Below, one piece after another: positions 36,601 through 52,403 of a stretch of DNA of 64,000 bases; the first letter of the stretch is position 1, and every line of letters begins with the position of its first letter. This DNA comes from Macrostomum lignano (lineage: Eukaryota), in assembly GCA_002269645.1 (NCBI GenBank), contig NIVC01002457.1, positions 1-64,000 of the forward strand. The letters are read 5' to 3'. A model generated the notes under the pieces. It ran no database searches. It worked only from the letters and a program-made list of their open reading frames with translations, and was not told where the DNA came from. The translations under genes and the position numbers were made by a program.

Positions 36601-38279
36601 AATCCCCTAGCAGCTCTATAGTCAATCTGATTACCTATACCCTCGGCATCGGAGGCTGCGGAATCTGTGCATCCATTCCTCTCTAAGTTCTTCATCAAAA
36701 TCTTGCATCTAAATCCGCCCGCAACCTCATGTAGTCCTACTCAGCTGTAACTCGTAACCCGAGGGAGACTGCTTGCCTAATCTCTTTGCGAGAGAGCTCT
36801 GGGATCTTACAGGATCTGGCTAAATCCCGTTGCGCACGCGACAGCACTGTGGACTGTATGTTTTCAAGAAATGAAGAATCGCAGCAAAGAAGCAAAGCAT
36901 TGCTCTCTGAGGAACTGCAGGCGGGATTTCTTTCCTCTTGGACAACATCAAAGAAGATTTCTATAAGGACCTTCCTCTCGTTACATTATGCATGATACTA
37001 AATCCAATTGCATCGATAGGTAATTTGCATTTTATAAAAAAAATCGACTAACTGAAGATCAAAGAACGACTTTTTGCGCAAGTTCGTGACAGAGAGGACT
37101 CGCTGTGTACTTCAAAGTTTAATTGATCAGACCATTGAAAAAAGAGAATGGCGAAGAGGAAAAAAATAATACTATAATTCTATAGCTTTGAAATGTATAG
37201 CTAGATAGGGAACTATAGGGGATATACATCTAGAGCGTTGGGACATATGGAGACAGAAGAATGTACACTCTGGAGATAAGAGGGGCAGATAAGAATGTAC
37301 ATTCGGGATATAAGAGGGGCAGATAAGAATGTAGATTCGGGAGACAAGAGGGGCAGATAAGAATGTACATTCGGGATATAAGAGGGGCAGTTAAGAATGT
37401 ACATTCGGGATATAAGAGTGGCAAGATAAGAATGTAGATTCGGGAGATAAGAGGGGCAGATAAGAATGTACATTCGGGAGATAAGAGTGGCAAGATAAGA
37501 ATGTACATTCGGGATATAAGAGGGGCAGATAAGAATGTACATTCGGGATATAGTAGGGGCAGATAAGAATGTACATTCGGGAGATAAGAGGGGCAGATAA
37601 GAATGTACATTCGGGATATAAGAGGGGCAGATAAGAATGTACATTCGGGATATAAGAGGGGCAGATAAGAATGTACATTCAGGAGATAAGAGGGGCAGAT
37701 AAGAATGTAAATTCGGGAGATAAGACGCGCAAGATAAGAATGTACATTCGGGATATAAGAGGGGCAGATAAGAATGTACATTCGGAATATAAGAGGGGCA
37801 GATAAGAATGTACATTCGGGATATAAGAGGGGCAGATAAGAATGTACATTCGGAATATAAGAGGGGCAGATAAGAATTTACATTCGGGATATAAGAGAGG
37901 CAGATAAGAATGTACACTCTGGAGTGAGAAAGGCACTTTACCCACACTCACCAACCAAGCAGCCAACGGTGATAACCAGAGGCCAGGCCGTCTCAACAAA
38001 ATAGGAAGCCGCGAAACCGACCGCCCCAATGACGGAGCCGGCCAGCGCCGCCACCCGATAGCCGAACCGAGCGCTGACGGCGCCAGCCACCGGGCCGCCT
38101 GCCAGAGTGACGCCAACCAGGGTGGAGGCGATCCAGCCGTTCAGCTGGCGGGTGGAGCCCAGCTCCTGCACCAGGTCGGCTGCCAGCACGCCGAAAGCGT
38201 AGCTGATGCCGTCGATGATCACGTGCAGCATGAAGCTGCTAAGCACCACCATCCAGCCCCAGCCGCCGTCAAGCTGCAT
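33601..38279 (-). CDS. Monocarboxylate transporter (SLC16/MCT family, MFS)
   Basis: Exons 38279-37952, 36498-36391, 35830-35428, 35151-34397, 33993-33868, 33755-33601; all GT-AG and phase-compatible. Motifs DGGWGWMVV, GFGMSLIYLPA..YFEKYRSTAIGIAVCGSG, YTWRG, GRLGFGWLSD, LVGIDKLSDSFG. An upstream exon ending at 38681 (gtaagt) is possible. Confidence 0.9.
33999..34306. mobile_element. MITE at the MCT intron 4 / exon 5 boundary
   Basis: TIR caggggcgtcgcca / tagcgacgccgctg; flanks agcctgcg (33991-33998) and actgcctgcg (34307-34316) form an imperfect TSD. Confidence 0.75.
35152..35320 (-). mobile_element. tRNA-derived SINE-like element, family A, in MCT intron 3
   Basis: gttcgattc B-box followed by a body aligning to 1692-1820. 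Confidence 0.65.
35885..36120. repeat. Degenerate 36-39-bp minisatellite (catgtacactgggtgagagattgggg...)
   Basis: Tandem copies in MCT intron 2. Confidence 0.8.
37260..37925. repeat. 34-bp minisatellite (aggggcagataagaatgtacattcgggatataag)
   Basis: Tandem copies starting about 25 nt inside the MCT intron-1 donor. Confidence 0.92.
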
Positions 38280-38335
38280 CTTAGGTTTTAATGGCCTCAG
38301 CTGCCCTGCGCGAATCAATTGGGTCTTTTGGAGTC

Positions 38336-38657
<322 letters not shown>

Positions 38658-39310
38658 GTTGTCAATATTTAATTACTTACCGCCTTGATCGAAGACAACT
38701 TTGTTGTCAACTCTGGGACCTCAAATATTCGAGTCAGCACTACTTTCCTATGTTGGTTCAGCCAGTTCGCCCAGTTTAACGTCCGGTAAATATGCCGGGG
38801 AAAAATGAAGTCCAGAAATCAACAGCACGATATTGTTTGAACTATAGCCTAAAAATACACCCTGCTAGTATTGGGCCAAGAAGGCAAGAAAGATGACGCG
38901 ATAGAACGTGCGCTGGCGATTCCGCTCCCCTTTTAAACAGATATCAGTAGCCCAGAGTCTATTGGCTCCCGCAGGAGAGGTTCCCAAGGGCTGTCCATCC
39001 TGCGCCCTCATGCTAATTCTCTCTCCTCCCATTTCTCCGTGCCTCCCCCTGTCTCTCTGAAAATGCGCCCTGCCGCTGTACTCTGCCCGCTGCTTCACTG
39101 CTGTACTCTGTCCTGCCCTCTCCTCTCCTCTTCTATACTCCTGTTCAGCAAAGTCAAGCTGATTTGGTAAGTGCGCGCCCTAGCTCGAAAACCGCTTGGA
39201 CTACCTACTTCTATTGCCTACCATATACACTCTCAATGTCTACTTCATTGTAGTTAATGTAGTTAAAGACTACAAGTCTTTCTGATTTCTAACCGTTAGC
39301 GAGTCCTGAC

Positions 39311-39318
39311 TGACTCTC

Positions 39319-39414
<96 letters not shown>

Positions 39415-39480
39415 CTTCTATCTCTCTCTCTCCCCCCCTCTCTCTCTTTCTCTCTCTCTCTCTTTATCTCTCTCTCCATC
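39311..39480. repeat. (CT)n microsatellite
   Basis: Direct reading. Confidence 0.95.
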
Positions 39481-40258
39481 TCCAATGTACATTCTGACGT
39501 GTCGCACAGATCTTCAAATTGAGCCTACTTCAGCCAAGACTCCTCTAACTCCACAGAGCCTTTTGAGGGACGATGACGTCATCCATAGCTATTCAGGGAA
39601 GCAGTTGGCAAGAAGCTAACATTTTCAATGCACATATGAACACCGCGAACCCGAGCTAGCCTCCATACCGAAGCCAACCTTCACCTTCATTGACGCCTAA
39701 CCCTTGTCTCGTATTTGTTAATTTACAAGCCGCAGTATAGAAATCAGCGTCTCCTTTTTTAGAACGAAATAAAGCATTCGTTAGAAAGTTTCGGCGCACT
39801 TGTGAATAAGAGAGTAGTGGATTAAATCAGCTGTACACCTGCACCTATTTAAATGCGTGCTGCCTTTGCAATAGAAACAGCGACAGCGAAATTTACCATT
39901 TCAAAACAATTAGCAGTAAGTCTCGCTATGATTACTTAAAGTAGAAAAATTCGGCTATTTGTTCCAGTGGGGTGATTTAAGTTCATGCGCAGATATTAGT
40001 CCCTTCCCTATCTATAGCAGCGTCACCCCCTCTCTATCCTGCAATTCTTCATTTAGCGAGTCTCTATCGTCTCGAGACAACACCTGCGAACCTATCGCAA
40101 TACCTGGACTAAAATAAGTCCCAGTAAACACATCTGCTAGAATTAGCTTTTTTTAGCTTTGCCAATTACCCGAGACACTACTCCCGAGGTTGCTTCACAG
40201 AGCAAGCTAAAAAAATACCAGGCTTATGATAAAAACAAAAAAGAACTAAAAACACGTA

Positions 40259-40648
<390 letters not shown>

Positions 40649-41084
40649 CTTCAGTTTGCTCAAGCTACAATGCGGAGAGAAAACAGCACCAAATCGGAGA
40701 GCAGACTGCCACAAGCGGCAAGCACCGCACACAGCTTTTGCTCCTGCCTAATTCACTTTGACTGGACAAATATTTGTCTTGAGCTGGTCTTCTCCAGCTT
40801 TCTCATGACTAAGAAAAAAGCCTCAGCGTTCATTGCGGTTCTTTTGTGAGGTCTCATCACTTATTGAACTGAATTGTGTTGAGGAGTTGGTCCGATCGCT
40901 CTACGAAGTACGAGCGTATGACAACACATGGCTTAAACTGTGTTCAATAGGTCGGCTGCAGTGAAGTTTGAGCAGACAAACAATGCTTGTCTTTAATCTG
41001 TGTTGTGCAGAATGTGTCTGTCAAAATGCTGATAACTAAAAAACCACTAGTATGAAATTTTATGAGTGATTTCACAGAGAAGGA

Positions 41085-41585
41085 AACTCTCTAATGGAGA
41101 ATTCTTACAGTACGTGAGGGAGATTATCTAATGGGGAATTCTCACACAGGGGGAGATTCTTGAATGGAAAATTCTTACAACTGAGGAGGATTCTCTAATG
41201 GAGAATTCTCTCTCATAGGGAGATTCTCTAATGGGGAATGCTCACTCAGGGAGATTCTCTAATGGGGAATTCGTGCAGAGAGGGAGATTCCCTAATGGGG
41301 AGTTCTTAGACTGAGGGAGACTCTCTAATGGCGAATTCTTTCAAAGAGAAGGATTCTCTAATGGGGAATTTGTGCAGAGGGAGATTATCAAATGGGGAAT
41401 TCTTGCAGAGTAGATTCTCTAATGAGGAATTCTCGCATAGAGGGAGATTCTCTAATGGGGAATTCGTGCAGAGAGGGAGATTCTCTAAAGGGGAATTCTT
41501 ACAGAGGTAGATTCTTTAATGGGGAATTCTTACACTGAGGGAGATTCTCAAATGGGGAATTCTTGCAGAGAGTGAGATTCTCTAA
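41085..41585. repeat. Degenerate minisatellite (gggagattctctaatggggaattc...)
   Basis: About 12 diverged copies. Confidence 0.8.
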
Positions 41586-41934
41586 TTGCTTTTTTCCAAG
41601 TTGTTTACAATCTATGAGAGAGCAGCGGTATCAAGCATTTTAAATTTTAGACCCGCATAAAGCCTTAGAACCAAATGAATCAAACTCCGATTCGTATGCT
41701 TTTTACATAAACATTACGACCCAGCAGTTAGCAGTTGTTCATGATCTCCTTCTTTTCCTATTGGCCAAGCTGAAAGACAGTTTTGCTACAAATCAATCAT
41801 TGGGTTCGCGGGAGTATTACAGCTAGAGAGATGAAATGTCTGGAAGCTGGTTCATTCTTCATCACTGTCTTTATGCCCTTCTCTTCTCCGTTTCTCCCAT
41901 GACTACCTCACTCATTTTATCTCTTGCTCCAATT

Positions 41935-43045
41935 CTCTCCCTTACCTGTTACCCTCTCTCCCCCACCCGTTACCCTCTCTCCCTTACCTGTTACCCTCTC
42001 TCCCCACCTGTTACCCTCTCTCCCTTACCTGTTACCCTCTCTCCCCACCTGTTACCCTCTCTCCCTTACCTGTTACTCTCTCTCCCCACCTGTTACCCTC
42101 TCCCCCCACCTGTTACCCTCTCTCCCTTACCTGTTACCCTCTCTCCCCACCTGTTACCCTCTCTCCCTTACCTGTTACCCTCTCTCCCTTACCTGTTACT
42201 CTCTCTCCCCACCTGTTACCCTCTCTCCCTTACCTGTTACCCTCTCTCCCTTACCTGTTACCCTCTCTCCCCACCTGTTACCCTCTCTCCCTTACCTGTT
42301 ACCCTCTCTCCCTTACCTGTTACTCTCTCTCCCCACCTGTTACCCTCTCCCCCCACCTGTTACCCTCTCTCCCCACCTGTTACCCTCTCTCCCCACCTGT
42401 TACCCTCTCTCCCTTACCTGTTACTCTCTCTCCCCACCTGTTACCCTCTCTCCCTTACCTGTTACCCTCTCTCCCCACCTGTTACCCTCTCTCCCTTACC
42501 TGTTACCCTCTCTCCCTTACCTGTTACTCTCTCTCCCCACCTGTTACCCTCTCTCCCTTACCTGTTACCCTCTCTCCCCACCTGTTACCCTCTCTCCCTT
42601 ACCTGTTACCCTCTCTCCCCACCTGTTACCCTCTCTCCCTTACCTGTTACTCTCTCTCCCCACCTGTTACCCTCTCTCCCTTACCTGTTACTCTCTCTCC
42701 CACCTGTTACCCTCTCCCCCACCTGTTACCCTCTCTCCCCACCTGTTACCCTCTCTCCCTTACCTGTTACCCTCTCTCCCCACCCGTTACCCTCTCTCCC
42801 TTACCTGTTACCCTCTCTCCCCACCTGTTACCCTCTCTCCCTTACCTGTTACCCTCTCCCCCCACCTGTTACCCTCTCTCCCCCACCCGTTACCCTCTCC
42901 CCCCCACCCGTTACCCTCTCTCCCCCACCCGTTACCCTCTCTTCCCTACCCGTTACCCTCTCCCTTACCCGTTACCCTCTCTTTATCCTCCTCGTTACCA
43001 TCCTTTCCTACATTCCAGTTACCCTCTTTACCCCTCCCCCTGTTA
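41935..43045. repeat. 20/21-bp minisatellite (ctgttaccctctctccccac / ctgttaccctctctcccttac)
   Basis: Direct tandem copies. Confidence 0.95.
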
Positions 43046-43255
43046 CACTCTTCGCCCTTTGCTAGATAATTTTTTTTAATTTAAAATTTTCCTGTTTAGT
43101 CGTCCCCGATTATTAAGCCGCTAAATCCCCGCTTAAATAACATGAAATGTCATACATGCGACTATCGCTTAGTTTTCGGGTGGTCCATGGTAACCAATTT
43201 TTGTTACAGTTATTCTTCTTTAAAGCAAATAATATTTGCTGGAGCTAGACTTTCA

Positions 43256-43322
43256 TGAGCGCACATACAAGCGCGCAAATACGTCTGTACGCAAGGCACG
43301 CACTCATGCACTCGCTCACACT
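43256..43322 (-). mobile_element. Fragment of SINE-like family A
   Basis: gcacatacaagcgcgcaaat..gcaaggcacgcactcatgcactcgctcac matches 1710-1767 and 35175-35235. Confidence 0.55.
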
Positions 43323-43811
43323 AATCTAACAGTGGTTTCTGTTGAAAGGTTTCAAGGCGGACGGAGATCAAGCATTCCCGATCGATCTGGAAAATTGGTT
43401 TTTTTTCTGGTGGGGATTTTTTTCTACATCATAAAAACTTACCGACCGACGATGCATACCGACCGCATGGGGCGAGTTGAAGTGAGGGATCGTTGCCTAC
43501 ATTATGATGCTCCTATTGCGCATTTTTCTGGTTGCTCTCTGCTACCCCCCCCCCCCTGTCTTTTTCTCCTCCCGTGTCTGGGCGATGCAGTTTTCCGAAT
43601 TTCAACTGCTTTTTCCTAGAGGCTAAGAGGCTCGTGTCCGAGCGCAATGACTGAGCGCCGGTCTGCATTGCGGCCACTGAAATATAGAATTAGGGGGAAG
43701 TTCGAGAACTTCTGCGCAGTTTGACGGCACCTAGAAGCTGGGGAGAAATGAAACAGGATGGAAGGAAAAAGTTTTATAAAAATGCAGACAATTCACGCAG
43801 AACTCACATTA

Positions 43812-44735
<924 letters not shown>

Positions 44736-45312
44736 GGGCAGTGGCAATAGTCAGCCATATATCATATACCCAAGTCAGGCGCATCTCATGTCAAAATCAT
44801 AACGTGCTTGCACCGAGCGCTCCAAAACGAATCAATCAATTTTTAGAGATTTTATTGTTATGGCTATGCGAGCTTTTGCTATCTACAAGCCATCTCCACA
44901 AAACTATTTGCCTGAACTGAGCCACCCTCTCACGGGCCAAGCTGAGTGACAGGCGTGACGCTGTGCCTTGCAAACCCCATTTTCACTCATTCTCCCCGCA
45001 GCTCCGCTCACTCAAACCCCCCCACCCCCAGTCCTAGTTCAATATTGTGCAATCAAACACAAACAAGACTTCAATGTTGAAGCGAAATTGTTGGAGAATA
45101 GCGGAGCTGGCTAAAGCAGGGCTGAATTGAGTAGACTCGCCTTCTGGTTTGTTTGTCTTGCTTAAGCAGAAGAGAGAAGTAGAGAGAAAAATAGCTCAAA
45201 CCCTGCCAAGGTGCTTGCGGTGCTAGAAAATACTGGCTTTTGCGCCGCGCTTCTTGGATTGGTCAGTCTTTTAACAGTACGCTATCGTAGGGCAATATCC
45301 TGTCCTTGTGTG

Positions 45313-46250
45313 GGCTGAAACTGGGGTCGGCCACATACAGAGGGCCCGCGAAGCCACTTTATCCGGCCCTCGGGTCCTTTGAAACTTCACAATATCAACC
45401 CGGCCCGCTCAAGGTTTTCGTCTTGTCTCATTCTCAGATGTCTTGTCTCGAATCTCCTCTCTCCTCTCTCCTCTCCTCTCCTCTTCTCTCCTCTCTCCTC
45501 TCCTCTCCTCCTCTCCTCTCCTCTCCTCCTCTCCTCTCCTCTCCCTCCTCTCCTCTCCTCTCCTCTCCTCTCCCTCCTCTCCTCTCCCTTCCTCTCCTCT
45601 GCTCTCCTCTCCTCTCCTCTCCCTTCCTCTCCTCTGCTCTCCTCTCCTCTCCTCTCCTCCTCTCCTCTCCTCTCCTCTCCCTCCTCTCCTCTCCCTCCTC
45701 TCCTCTCCTCTCCTCTCCCTCCTCTCCTCTCCCTTCCTCTCCTCTGCTCTCCTCTCCTCTCCTCTCCTCTCCTCCTCCCCTCTTCTCTCCTCTCCTCTCC
45801 TCTCCCTTCCTCTCCTCTGCTCTCCTCTCCTCCTCTCCTCTCCTCTCCTCTCCTCTCCTCTCCCTTCCTCTCCTCTGCTCTCCTCTCCTCTCCTCTCCCT
45901 TCCTCTCCTCTCCTCTCCTCTCATCCTCTCCTCTCCTCTGCTCTCCTCTCCTCTCCTCTCCTCTCCTCTCCTCTCCTCTCCTCTCCTCTCCTCTCCTCTC
46001 CTCTCCTCTCCTCTCCTCTCCTCTCCTCTCCTCTCATCCTCTCCTCTCATCTCATCCTCTCCTCTCCTCTGCTCTCCTCTCCTCTCCTCTCCTCTCCTCT
46101 CCTCTCCTCTCCTCTCCTCTCCTCTCCTCTCCTCTCCTCTCCCTTCCTCTCCTCTCCTCTCCTCTCCTCTCCTCTCCTCTCCCTTCCTCTCCTCTGCTCT
46201 CCTCTCCTCTCCTCTCGTCTAAAAAATCGCCAACCCTTGGTTTCAAAGCC
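45313..46250 (+). mobile_element. hAT-like MITE relative of 19279-19835 with expanded (CTCCT)n microsatellite (45455-46216)
   Basis: 45343-45393 aligns to the reverse complement of 19749-19799 and is followed by a CT tract in both copies. Loose inverted ends ggctgaaactggggtcggcc / cgccaacccttggtttcaaagcc. Confidence 0.45.
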
Positions 46251-46844
46251 AACTATTTAACAACTGGACGATTTCTCCGCTTAACCATTTCATTATAGAT
46301 TCGAGTTTTTAGTCATCGTCCCAACAGTGGCCAATCAGGGCACGAGAAGAGCGAGAAGGAGGAGGGGAGAGGGAGGGTGTCTGCAGTAGGCAGAAGTGAG
46401 GCAATCTTATGCATGCTTTTATCAGCCCGCTTCTCTCCTTCAGGTAAAGGTATACGTTCCATTTTAAAGCGCCTGCATTGAGAACCCTACTCACGTTTGA
46501 ATAGCGAAAGGTGAGTATATACGAGTAGCAACACAAGGTTGGACCAAGTCATCAATTACAGCGTGAGGCAAGATTTTGGCATAGCTGATGTCGATAACTA
46601 ATAAACACAATTTCAATATTTCTGCTGCCAGATTTATTGCTCAAGTAGCCGGTGAACTCTTGGATCGAACGATGGGGGGTTTTTGTTAAAACACCCGACG
46701 TTCCGATTGCAATTCTGAGGCTGCTTGATTAATAAATTTGATTGAAATTGCTACAGCAGTGAAACTTTTCTGTTGTTTTATCAGCTCTGTCAGATCTTAC
46801 CGCAGGCTGGTCCACGGCTCGGCTGTTTGAGATACAAATTAGCC

Positions 46845-47890
46845 CTGTGTCATTAGCCCTGTGTCATTAGCCCTGCCTGTGTCATTAGCCCTGTGTCATT
46901 AACCCTGTGTCATTAGCCCTGTGTCATTAGCCCTGTGTCATTAGCCCTGCCTGTGTCATTAGCCCTGTGTCATTAGCCCTGTGTCATTATAGCCCTGTGT
47001 CATTAGCCCTGTGTCATTAGCCCTGTGTCATTAGCCCTGTGTCATTAGCCCTGTGTCATTAGCCCTGTGTCATTAGCCCTGTGTCATTAGCCCTGTGTCA
47101 TTAGCCCTGTGTCATTAGCCCTGTGTCATTAGCCCTGTGTCATTAGCCCTGTGTCATTAGCCCTGTGTCATTAGCCCTGTGTCATTAGCCCTGTGTCATT
47201 AGCCCTGTGTCATTAGCCCTGTGTCATTAGCCCTGTGTCATTAGCCCTGTGTCATTAGCCCTGTGTCATTAGCCCTGTGTCATTAGCCCTGTGTCATTAG
47301 CCCTGTGTCATTAGCCCTGTGTCATTAGCCCTGTGTCATTAGCCCTGTGTCATTAGCCCTGTGTCATTAGCCCTGTGTCATTAGCCCTGTGTCATTAGCC
47401 CTGTGTCATTAGCCCTGTGTCATTAGCCCTGTGTCATTAGCCCTGTGTCATTAGCCCTGTGTCATTAGCCCTGTGTCATTAGCCCTGCCTGTGTCATTAG
47501 CCCTGTGTCATTAGCCCTGTGTCATTAGCCCTGCGTCATTAGCCCTGTGTCATTAGAACCTGTGTCATTAGCCCTGTGTCATTAGCCCTGTGTCATTAGC
47601 CCTGCCTGTGTCATTAGCCCTGTGTCATTAGCCCTGTGTCATTAGCCCTGCGTCATTAGCCCTGTGTCATTAGAACCTGTGTCATTAGCCCTGTGTCATT
47701 AGCCCTGTGTCATTAGCCCTGCCTGTGTCATTAGCCCTGTGTCATTAGCCCTGTGTCATTAGCCCTGTGTCATTAGCCCTGTGTCATTAGCCCTGCCTGT
47801 GTCATTAGCACTGTGTCATTAGCCCTGTGTCATTAGCACTGTGTCATTAGCCCTGTGTCATTAGCCCTGTGTCATTAGCCCTTAGCCCTG
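46845..47890. repeat. 14-bp minisatellite (gtgtcattagccct), about 70 copies
   Basis: Direct reading; homogeneous centre, variant blocks at the ends. Confidence 0.95.
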
Positions 47891-48474
47891 TGTAATCTAC
47901 ACTCTATAATGACTATTCTCCATCAGTTTTTTTGTGCATTTTATCTTAAAGTTCAACACAATATTCATTCCGTACAATATATCTTCATAATTTCTGAGCA
48001 CTAAGGCACTGCGCAGTAAATCCATATGCCGCTACAAAATCCTTTTCACGCCAATATTTCTGTAGCAAAAGCAATTCTCTGGAGAAACAGAACAAGCATT
48101 GTATAGTAAGTATGTCCAAGGTTGGAGCAAGAGTTTCACACCTGAGCACTCACCCACAACTCACTCTTCCAACCTCCAACCCCGCCCCCCCCCCCCCCAA
48201 GAAATTACGGCGCTGTACAATGCAAAAGAATGGTAGAAGGCGTTAAGTTTCACACCTTCATGGGCTGGTAGAGGGTTTACTTGCCAACACGCTATGCGAG
48301 GCTATGAAACTGCAGCCTCATGCCTGAGCTGTGTAGCAAAGAATAAAGAAACCCAGCATCAATGCTTCTTGGCGAAAACAGAGCCTATAGCTTGGGAAAG
48401 AAACTCAGCAACTTTTTATTGCAACTGCAAGCTGCCAGTCTCCAGACAGGGCAGTGTACTCTCCCAGCCTCCGA

Positions 48475-51385
48475 TCCCATACTGATAATCTCCGATCCCA
48501 TATTGATCATCTCCGATCCCAAATTGATCATCTCCGATCCCATATTGATCATCTCCGATCCCAAATTGATCATCTCCGATCCCATATTGATCATCTCCGA
48601 TCCCATATTGATCATCTCCGATCCCATATTGATCATCTCTGATCCCATATTGATAATCTCCGATCCCATATTGATAATCTCCGATCCCAAATTGATCATC
48701 TCCGATCCCACATTGATCATCTCTGATCCCATATTGATCATCTCTGATCCCATATTGATCATCTCTGATCCCATACTGATAATCTCCGATCCCATATTGA
48801 TCATCTCTGATCCCACATTGATCATCTCCGATCCCAAATTGATAATCTCCGATCCCATATTGATCATCTCCGATCCCAAATTGATCATCTCCGATCCCAA
48901 ATTGATCATCTCCGATCCCAAATTGATCATCTCCGATCCCATACTGATAATCTCCGATCCCATATTGATCATCTCTGATCCCATATTGATCATATCCGAT
49001 CCCACATTGATCATCTCTGATCCAATATTGATCATCTCCGATCCCAAATTGATCATCTCCGATCCCATACTGATAATCTCCGATCCCATATTGATCATCT
49101 CTGATCCCATATTGATCATCTCCGATCCCATATTGATCATCTCTGATCCCATATTGATCATCTCCGATCCCAAATTGATCATCTCCGATCCCATACTGAT
49201 AATCTCCGATCCCATATTGATCATCTCTGATCCCATATTGATCATCTCTGATCCCATATTGATCATCTCTGATCCAACATTGATAATCTCCGATCCCACA
49301 TTGATAATCTCCGATCCCACATTGATAATCTCTGATCCCACATTGATCATCTCTGATCCCACATTGATCATCTCTGATCCCACATTGATCATCTCTGATC
49401 CCACATTGATCATCTCTGATCCCACATTGATCATCTCTGATCCCATATTGATCATCTCTGATCCCATATTGATCATCTCCGATCCCATATTGATCATCTC
49501 TGATCCCATACTGATAATCTCCGATCCCACATTGATCATCTCTGATCCCACATTGATCATCTCTGATCCAACATTGATAATCTCCGATCCCACATTGATA
49601 ATCTCCGATCCCACATTGATCATCTCTGATCCCACATTGATCATCTCTGATCCCATATTGATCATCTCTGATCCCATATTGATCATCTCTGATCCCATAC
49701 TGATAATCTCCGATCCCATATTGATCATCTCTGATCCCACATTGATCATCTCCGATCCCAAATTGATAATCTCCGATCCCATATTGATCATCTCTGATCC
49801 CATATTGATCATCTCCGATCCCATATTGATCATCTCTGATCCAATATTGATCATCTCCGATCCCAAATTGATCATCTCCGATCCCATACTGATAATCTCC
49901 GATCCCATATTGATCATCTCTGATCCCATATTGATCATCTCCGATCCCATATTGATCATCTCTGATCCCATATTGATCATCTCCGATCCCAAATTGATCA
50001 TCTCCGATCCCATACTGATAACCTCCGATCCCATATTGATCATCTCTGATCCCATATTGATCATCTCTGATCCCATATTGATCATCTCTGATCCCATATT
50101 GATCATCTCTGATCCCATACTGATAATCTCCGATCCCATATTGATCATCTCTGATCCCATATTGATCATCTCCGATCCCATATTGATCATCTCTGATCCC
50201 ATATTGATCATCTCCGATCCCAAATTGATCATCTCCGATCCCATACTGATAATCTCCGATCCCATATTGATCATCTCCGATCCCAAATTGATCATCTCCG
50301 ATCCCATACTGATAATCTCCGATCCCATATTGATCATCTCTGATCCCATATTGATAATCTCCGATCCCATATTGATCATCTCCGATCCCAAATTGATCAT
50401 CTCCGATCCCATACTGATAATCTCCGATCCCATATTGATCATCTCTGATCCAACATTGATCATCTCCGATCCCATACTGATAATCTCCGATCCCACATTG
50501 ATCATCTCTGATCCCACATTGATCATCTCTGATCCAACATTGATAATCTCCGATCCCACATTGATAATCTCCGATCCCACATTGATAATCTCCGATCCCA
50601 CATTGATCATCTCTGATCCCACATTGATCATCTCCGATCCCACATTGATCATCTCTGATCCAACATTGATAATCTCCGATCCCACATTGATAATCTCCGA
50701 TCCCACATTGATAATCTCTGATCCAACATTGATAATCTCCGATCCCACATTGATAATCTCCGATCCCACATTGATAATCTCCGATCCCACATTGATCATC
50801 TCTGATCCCACATTGATCATCTCCGATCCCATATTGATCATCTCTGATCCCACATTGATCATCTCTGATCCCACATTGATCATCTCTGATCCCACATTGA
50901 TCATCTCCGATCCCATATTGATCATCTCCGATCCCATATTGATAATCTCCGATCCCACATTGATCATCTCTGATCCCACATTGATCATCTCTGATCCCAT
51001 ATTGATCATCTCTGATCCCACATTGATCATCTCTGATCCCACATTGATCATCTCTGATCCCACATTGATCATCTCTGATCCCACATTGATCATCTCTGAT
51101 CCCACATTGATCATCTCTGGTCCCACATTGATCATCTCTGATCCCATATTGATCATCTCTGATCCCACATTGATCATCTCTGATCCCACATTGATCATCT
51201 CTGATCCCACATTGATCATCTCTGATCCCACATTGATCATCTCTGATCCCACATTGATCATCTCTGATCCCACATTGATCATCTCTGATCCCACATTGAT
51301 CATCTCTGATCCCACATTGATCATCTCTGATCCCACATTGATCATCTCTGATCCCACATTGATCATCTCTGATCCCACATTGATC
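48475..51385. repeat. 21-bp minisatellite (atcatctctgatcccacattg), about 138 copies
   Basis: Direct reading; the stop-free unit explains the three ORFs of more than 1000 aa. Confidence 0.95.
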
Positions 51386-52203
51386 CCATACCCATAGTGC
51401 TCCTGTACTGCATACAGAGCACAGAGTCTGTACACAGTTGTACAGCATTACTGTGATTAACTGTCTCTGTGATAAACTAAGTACACGATCCAGATTTGGT
51501 AGCAACTTAAAATGATTATGCCTGCAGTGCATATTGACTTTGGCTTGATTTTCCTCAATTTTTGTGCTTCTTCAGCATTTTGGTCAGCTGAAAGTGTCCC
51601 ATCGGATTAGGGCATTGCCGCGGCCCAATTCGATTAGGAATAGACTAATTATTCTCAAGTCTGCTTGATATATGGCTAGGTCTGCTTGAGCTGCATAAAA
51701 TAGGATTTTAACCCCCCGAGGGCTAAATAGCTCGCATCGGCAGTCTGAGCTGGACCAAAGATTTTTTTTGAAACCCAAAAAGTTTATTTTTTTCAGTAGC
51801 AACCTAAATTTAAAAGGACGCATTCGCTTTAGTCTACTTAGCAAAGCGTCTGCAGTAGACAAAATTGAATTTTTCGTAGAAATTTATACTCTATATTCAA
51901 GCTGGACAGATTCAAACAGCCGAAAGAATCTCACGAATGCGGAGAAGGCTTTCAAAATCTAAATTGGAGGATGGGGGAGGGGTGTTGCGGGGAAAAGCCA
52001 GAAGGGTGGCAGCTGGGAGCTTTCGCATTTTCCGATTTGGCCAAATCCAGGCCAGAGCTGGAGGGCACGCGACCCGAACTCGCGTTACTTATTTTTATTT
52101 TGCTGTCCCCGAGCCGCTTTAGAGACGGTCCTGACTTTTGCCATTCCTTGCTTGAGAACTGTGCCAGATTCCGCCCTGCAGTCTGGCTGTGGGAAAGTAC
52201 CTT

Positions 52204-52403
<200 letters not shown>

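Noticed and set aside
46430-46447. Second AG|GT motif (ctccttcag|gtaaag)
   Set aside because: No host plus-strand intron is defined here, so a recursive site cannot be argued.
46845-47890. CRISPR array or telomeric repeat
   Set aside because: No unique spacers, eukaryotic context, no cas genes; the unit contains ttagccct, not TTAGGG or CCCTAA repeats.
48362-51532. Three ORFs of more than 1000 aa (IISDPIL, GSEMINV, GIRDDQC repeats)
   Set aside because: They arise from a 21-bp unit lacking stops in several frames on both strands; there is no unique domain and no sign of codon-level constraint.
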